Below are positions 59,759 to 64,000 of a stretch of 64,000 nucleotides of DNA, in pieces (within the stretch, counting starts at the first letter, position 1; the number at the start of each line of letters is the position of its first letter). A model generated the notes under the pieces. That model was not told the origin of the DNA. It did no database searches and saw nothing but the letters and a program-made list of their open reading frames with translations. The DNA lies in NCBI GenBank assembly GCA_963666425.2, contig OY762825.2, forward strand, positions 2,080,001-2,144,000. Reading direction: 5' to 3'. This stretch comes from Bacillota bacterium. GTDB taxonomy: Bacteria > Bacillota > JAAYKD01. A program made the translations under genes and the position numbers.

Positions 59759-60832
59759 ATGGCGAATAAACAATTAACCGCGGATATTACCAATGCTTTC
59801 GGACCATCCGGATACGAAGAAGATGTGGTGGAAGTCATTAAGCGCTACACCACGGATTTTCAGGTGAAAGTTGACCCGATGCATAATGTCTATGCCCGTT
59901 TCAAACAGGAAGCCAGCGACCAACCGGTCATCCAGCTTGATGCGCATAGCGATGAACTCGGTTTTATGGTGCAGTCCATTCGCGCCAATGGCATGATCGA
60001 TTTCCTCAATCTCGGCGGTTGGATTCTGACCAATGTTCCTGCGCACCAGGTCGTGATTAAAAACGGCCGGGGAGAATATGTGAAAGGAATTACCAGTTCC
60101 AAACCACCGCATTTCATGTCTGCGGCAGAAAAGAGCAAATACCCGGAGCAGAGCGATATCACCATTGATGTCGGCGCCACCAGCCGCGATGAAGTGATGA
60201 ATCTGTTTGGCATCCAGCCCGGTGATCCGATCATGCCGGACGTGACCTGCCTGTATAATCCGGTCAGCAAAGTGTTTATGAGCAAGGCGTTCGACAACCG
60301 CATCGGCTGCCAGTGCATCATCGAGACAATGGAAAACCTGAAGAATGTCAAACTCCAAATCAACCCGGTTGGCGCCTTTGCCGCTCAGGAAGAAGTCGGC
60401 TGCCGCGGTGCCAAAGTGACGGCTCAGGTGGTCAAACCGGATTTTGCCATTGTTTTTGAAGGCTCTCCCTCCGATGATTTCTTCACCGATCAATTTACCG
60501 CGCAGTGCCGTCTGAAACATGGAGTTCAGATCCGGGTGATTGACGGCGGCATGATTTCGCATGCCGGCTTCCTGCGCTATGCGAAAAAAATTGCCGAAGC
60601 CAAGCAAATCCCTTATCAAATTGGGGTACGCCGCTCCGGCTCGACCGATGGTTCTGCGATTCATACCGCGAATCACGCCGTTCCCTGTCTGGTCTTGGGG
60701 ATTCCCACCCGCTATGCTCACACGCATTACTGCTATTTGGCGGAGGAAGATCTGGATGCAACCATTCGCCTGGCGACTGAGATCATCAAATCACTGAATG
60801 CAGAGACGATGAAGGAAATCACCGGCTGTTAG
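59759..60832 (+). CDS. M42 family metallo-aminopeptidase
   Basis: DAHSDELG, KAFDNRIG, QEEVGCRGA, RYAHT. Confidence 0.92.
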   Translation: MANKQLTADITNAFGPSGYEEDVVEVIKRYTTDFQVKVDPMHNVYARFKQEASDQPVIQLDAHSDELGFMVQSIRANGMIDFLNLGGWILTNVPAHQVVIKNGRGEYVKGITSSKPPHFMSAAEKSKYPEQSDITIDVGATSRDEVMNLFGIQPGDPIMPDVTCLYNPVSKVFMSKAFDNRIGCQCIIETMENLKNVKLQINPVGAFAAQEEVGCRGAKVTAQVVKPDFAIVFEGSPSDDFFTDQFTAQCRLKHGVQIRVIDGGMISHAGFLRYAKKIAEAKQIPYQIGVRRSGSTDGSAIHTANHAVPCLVLGIPTRYAHTHYCYLAEEDLDATIRLATEIIKSLNAETMKEITGC

Positions 60833-60850
60833 GTAATATTTAAAAAGCAC

Positions 60851-60899
60851 AAAAAAACGGAGCTGCAGCGATCTGAGAAATCGCTGCAGTTCCGTTTTT
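60851..60899. terminator. bidirectional terminator
   Basis: AAAAACGGAGCTGCAGCGAT...ATCGCTGCAGTTCCGTTTTT. Confidence 0.88.
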
Positions 60900-61022
60900 G
60901 AATTGCAAACTCACTCTGCTTAAGGTAAAAGGAAGGGAGTACCTACCAGTCAACCGCCTCAGCCGACAGAACATCTTGCCGCGCTACTTATGCTTGCGGC
61001 CGTTATGCAGTCGGAAGCGCGT

Positions 61023-61631
61023 CTAGCGGCCGACAAACGATACTAACAAAGACAATAGGATGGGTACGGCTGCCGAGCAGACGACGCCGTGCAGGATAGC
61101 AATCATGGTGACATCCGAGCCTCCGCAGCGGCTGATGATGGGCAGGGTGGTGTCCATCGTGGTCGCACCGCCGATTGTGAGGGCGGCGATGCCGATGTCC
61201 AGCTCAAAGAGCAGTGGTACAAGCAGGAAGGTCAGCAGTTCGCGGATGATATTGGTCAGGAAAGCAATCGCGCCGTATTGGGCGCCTAAGCTTGCCGTCA
61301 AAATTGCACCGGAGATGGAATACCAGCCCATGCCGCCGCCAATGGCGGCGCCCTGCCAAAAACCCAGGTTCAAAAAGAGGCCGGTCAAGGCACCGCCCAG
61401 CACCGAGCCGACGATGGAAAAAAGGGGTAGACAGAAAACAAGTTTCGGCATTTTTTTTAATTTCCCCCAGATATCGCCGGTAAAAGCCATCTCGGCTCCG
61501 ATTAGGAATAACATCAGATAAAGAATCCAATGCGAGGAAGAGACAGCCAAAGCAACAAAAGAGGCAGGCAGCAGGAAATAACCGGCCAGGATGCCACCGG
61601 CTAAAACAAAAATGATCAGCAGAATCATCAT
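61023..61631 (-). CDS. LysO/DUF340 lysine exporter family, large subunit
   Basis: GMGWYSISG, NIIRE, GGATTMDTTLP, HG; start MMILL overlaps the upstream stop. Confidence 0.88.
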   Translation of the reverse strand: MMILLIIFVLAGGILAGYFLLPASFVALAVSSSHWILYLMLFLIGAEMAFTGDIWGKLKKMPKLVFCLPLFSIVGSVLGGALTGLFLNLGFWQGAAIGGGMGWYSISGAILTASLGAQYGAIAFLTNIIRELLTFLLVPLLFELDIGIAALTIGGATTMDTTLPIISRCGGSDVTMIAILHGVVCSAAVPILLSLLVSFVGR

Positions 61632-61927
61632 GGCTTCACCATCGCTTTCATCAGCGCTTGCCGGTGCTTTAGCCAAAGTGACAGAGGCAGCGCCAGCAAT
61701 ACGCTGCCGGTTGCCGTAAAAACAGCGAAAAAGGCGGCTTGCCAACCGATCGAGCCGATGGCAGCCATCACCGCCGGATTGCCTCCTACCTGGATTCCCA
61801 TGGCGAAGATCAGGAAAAATAGGCCAAGAGAAATCCCAAATTGAATGTAGCGGCGAATGGATGTCCTTTTACGAGCCAAATAACCGGCGCATCCACCCAG
61901 GGACAACGCCAATAATAAATAAAACAC
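61628..61927 (-). CDS. LysO/DUF340 family small membrane protein
   Basis: 3 TM, LIFAMGIQVG..P, GSV; coupled to the downstream gene. Confidence 0.75.
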   Translation of the reverse strand: MFYLLLALSLGGCAGYLARKRTSIRRYIQFGISLGLFFLIFAMGIQVGGNPAVMAAIGSIGWQAAFFAVFTATGSVLLALPLSLWLKHRQALMKAMVKP

Positions 61928-61966
61928 TGCGGGATCCCCCTTTCAAAGAATTGTATCATCTATCAT

Positions 61967-61995
61967 AGTATAGCCCGAAAGAAAGGCTTTGGCAA
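61967..61995 (-). promoter_or_regulatory. sigma-A promoter of the lysO-like pair
   Basis: TTGCCA-N17-TATACT on the minus strand. Confidence 0.6.
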
Positions 61996-62140
61996 CGCTT
62001 CCTTCCGGTAAGTTTTCCAGAAGAGAATTGCTGTAAAAAGAGAGTTGCCTCTAAATCGGTGAAAAATAAAGGGTCGGGACTGTCAAAAAGCGAATAGTGT
62101 CGAATTCCAATCAGGTGTTCAGAGCAATCGCGCGGAGGTC

Positions 62141-63460
62141 ATGATGAAACACTTACGTGAAAAAATAATACACTGGCTGACTGGTTATCTGGACAGCGAA
62201 ACGATGCGCAGCAATGCTTTTTACAGTATTGTAGAAGGTATGGCTTATAATATTATGACCGGCTTAACCGGTTCTTTTATGGCTGTATTTGCCATCAAGC
62301 TCGGAGCGACCGATCAGATGCTGGGTATTCTCGCTTCCGGACCGGCTTTGATTGGCTTGCTGTCCCAAATTCCTTCCGCCATCATTACCGAGCGAACCGA
62401 TAGAAAACTGCAGCCGATTTTAACCTGGGGTTTTCTGCATCGGATCAACTATTTATTTTACGCCATTATTCCCTTCTTGCCACTGCCGGCAATTTATAAA
62501 GCTTGGATCTTTATTATCCTGGTAACCTGGATGAATTTTCCGGCTGTGGTGGTCAATACGATGTGGACACATCTGATGGGGGAGATTTTTCCCATCAGCA
62601 GCCGCGGACGGGTCTTTGGTGACCGCAATTTTATTGTCGGTTGGGTGACCATCGCCGCCATGCTGCTGGCCGGGCCGCTGCTGGATTTGATTCCTTATCC
62701 GTATAATTACGGGATTCTGTTCGGCTTATCGTTTGCCGGACTGATGGTATCGCTTTATTATTTGAAGCTGCTGAAAGAAGAGCGGGTTGAAACTGCCTCG
62801 GTCAGTGAAGTCAGTCATAACGGCCCCTTCGACGGTATGATGAGTGTGATCAAGGACAAGCAGTTTTTCAATTTCACTGCCGCTTCCTTTGTCTATTATA
62901 TGGGATTCAATGTTTCGGCATCGATGTGGACGATCCTTTATGTGCGTTTTCTCTATTTGAGTAACACGCAAATCGCCATGATCGCCATTGTCAGTACAGT
63001 GATTTCTACCAGCAGTTACCGCTTTTGGGGGCGTGTTTCCGATCGGATCGGCAGTAAGCAAGTTTATTTTATCGGCTGTCTGCTGTTCTTGGTGCAGCCT
63101 TATTTTCATTCCTTTATCACCGTGCCAACGGCTTGGCTGCTCTGGCCTTTGGCTGTCGCCAACGGCTTGGCCGGAGGCGCTTTCAACCTGGCACAATTCA
63201 ATACGCTGCTCAGCATCGCGCCGGATCCGGCCAAACGCCCCAGCTACCTTGCTTTTTTCAATATGGCGATGCAGATCACCGGTTTTATTTTTCCGATGCT
63301 GGGAATCTGGCTTTACCAGAATTTAGGCAATCATTTGAATCCTGTTTTTTATCTTTCAACCTTTTTCCGCGCTGCCGGTTTGCTTTATCTGGCAGCGGTG
63401 ATCAAGGTGAAATGGCCGTTTAAGCCAAATCGAAAAAAGAGACGAACCATTTCACCCTAA
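62141..63460 (+). CDS. MFS transporter
   Basis: About 12 TM, FWGRVSDRIGSK motif A-like, RGRVFG; GGAGG RBS. Confidence 0.88.
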   Translation: MMKHLREKIIHWLTGYLDSETMRSNAFYSIVEGMAYNIMTGLTGSFMAVFAIKLGATDQMLGILASGPALIGLLSQIPSAIITERTDRKLQPILTWGFLHRINYLFYAIIPFLPLPAIYKAWIFIILVTWMNFPAVVVNTMWTHLMGEIFPISSRGRVFGDRNFIVGWVTIAAMLLAGPLLDLIPYPYNYGILFGLSFAGLMVSLYYLKLLKEERVETASVSEVSHNGPFDGMMSVIKDKQFFNFTAASFVYYMGFNVSASMWTILYVRFLYLSNTQIAMIAIVSTVISTSSYRFWGRVSDRIGSKQVYFIGCLLFLVQPYFHSFITVPTAWLLWPLAVANGLAGGAFNLAQFNTLLSIAPDPAKRPSYLAFFNMAMQITGFIFPMLGIWLYQNLGNHLNPVFYLSTFFRAAGLLYLAAVIKVKWPFKPNRKKRRTISP

Positions 63461-63506
63461 ACACAGGCCGCGGAATCGATATGGAAGGAATAGGTGTTGA
63501 GCTTTC

Positions 63507-64000
63507 ATGAATTATGCAGTGATCTCTCTCTTGGCAATTCTAGTTGCCATCATCATCGGTTTTTGGCGCCATATCAATGTTGGTTTTCTCTCGATGGGCC
63601 TGGCCTTTCTCTTAGGCAGCGGCGTTGCCGGTTTTACCGCCAAGCAGATCATCGCCTTCTGGCCAACCAATTTATTCGTGACACTGATCGGGGTTTCGAT
63701 GCTTTTCTCCATGGCGCGGGTCAACGGTACGCTGGAACATCTGGCGCGCCGCAGTGTGGCTTTGGCCAGGGGAAACGGACCTTTAATTCCTTGGATTTTC
63801 TTCTTTCTGGCAGCGATTTTTGCTGCCATTGGGCCCGGTAATATTGCGGTCGTAGCGATCCTGGGACCAATCGCTATGACGATCGCCCAAGAAATGGCGA
63901 TTCCGCCGATCCTGATGGCAGCCTTTCTGATCGGCGGCGCCAATGCCGGCGGGATGTCCCCCATTGCACCAACCGGGATCATTGGCGTCAATCTGACAGA
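63507..64000 (+). CDS. SLC13/MatC-like dicarboxylate transporter, 5' part (runs off the window)
   Basis: Not in the ORF track. MNYAVISLLAILVAIIIGFWRHINVG...FWPTNLFVTLIGVSMLFSMARVNGTLE...GANAGGMSPIAPTGI. Confidence 0.8.
   Translation, partial: MNYAVISLLAILVAIIIGFWRHINVGFLSMGLAFLLGSGVAGFTAKQIIAFWPTNLFVTLIGVSMLFSMARVNGTLEHLARRSVALARGNGPLIPWIFFFLAAIFAAIGPGNIAVVAILGPIAMTIAQEMAIPPILMAAFLIGGANAGGMSPIAPTGIIGVNLT

Noticed and set aside
59774-60727. 317-aa minus-strand ORF opposite the M42 peptidase
   Set aside because: Shadow ORF with no recognisable motifs
63494-63991. Track ORFs 63512..63991(-) and 63494..63841(+)
   Set aside because: The real gene is the + strand transporter starting at 63507, in another frame and running off the window

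Overview
Chromosomal window from an anaerobic Bacillota (Firmicutes) bacterium; the taxonomy is inferred from gene content and order, a T-box and sigma-H-type promoters. The left end carries the origin-proximal-type cluster DUF951-rpsF-ssb-rpsR-yybS-rplI-lonC on the minus strand, with an S6:S18 leader RNA but no gdpP. Next come tcdA and a minus-strand NUDIX/HAD/P-loop-kinase trio, divergent from a Klenow-like family A DNA polymerase that has no 5' nuclease and degenerate proofreading motifs. These are followed by marR, a divergent-looking lysS with a NUDIX gene, mreB/mbl, rnj, ftsEX-M23-S41-uvrB, tRNA-Gly and tig-clpX with no clpP. A ~9.5 kb rex-lysR-hydCBA-hydS(hfsB)-hfsC [FeFe]-hydrogenase block sits between clpX and lon-engB. 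The right third holds T-box-controlled leuS, msrA, two GNATs, tRNA-Phe/Met, an accessory stretch of poorly characterised genes, a galK-tyrosine recombinase-serine hydrolase run, an M42 peptidase and transporters. I saw no CRISPR array, IS element or prophage. Best leads: (i) the nucleotide-processing trio with the proofreading-dead polymerase, (ii) C instead of U at tRNA position 55 in two of three tRNAs, (iii) the hydrogenase block with three candidate regulators, (iv) a recurrent AGG(A)-N17/18-GAA(T) promoter motif. All family calls are by eye from motifs; no database searches were run.
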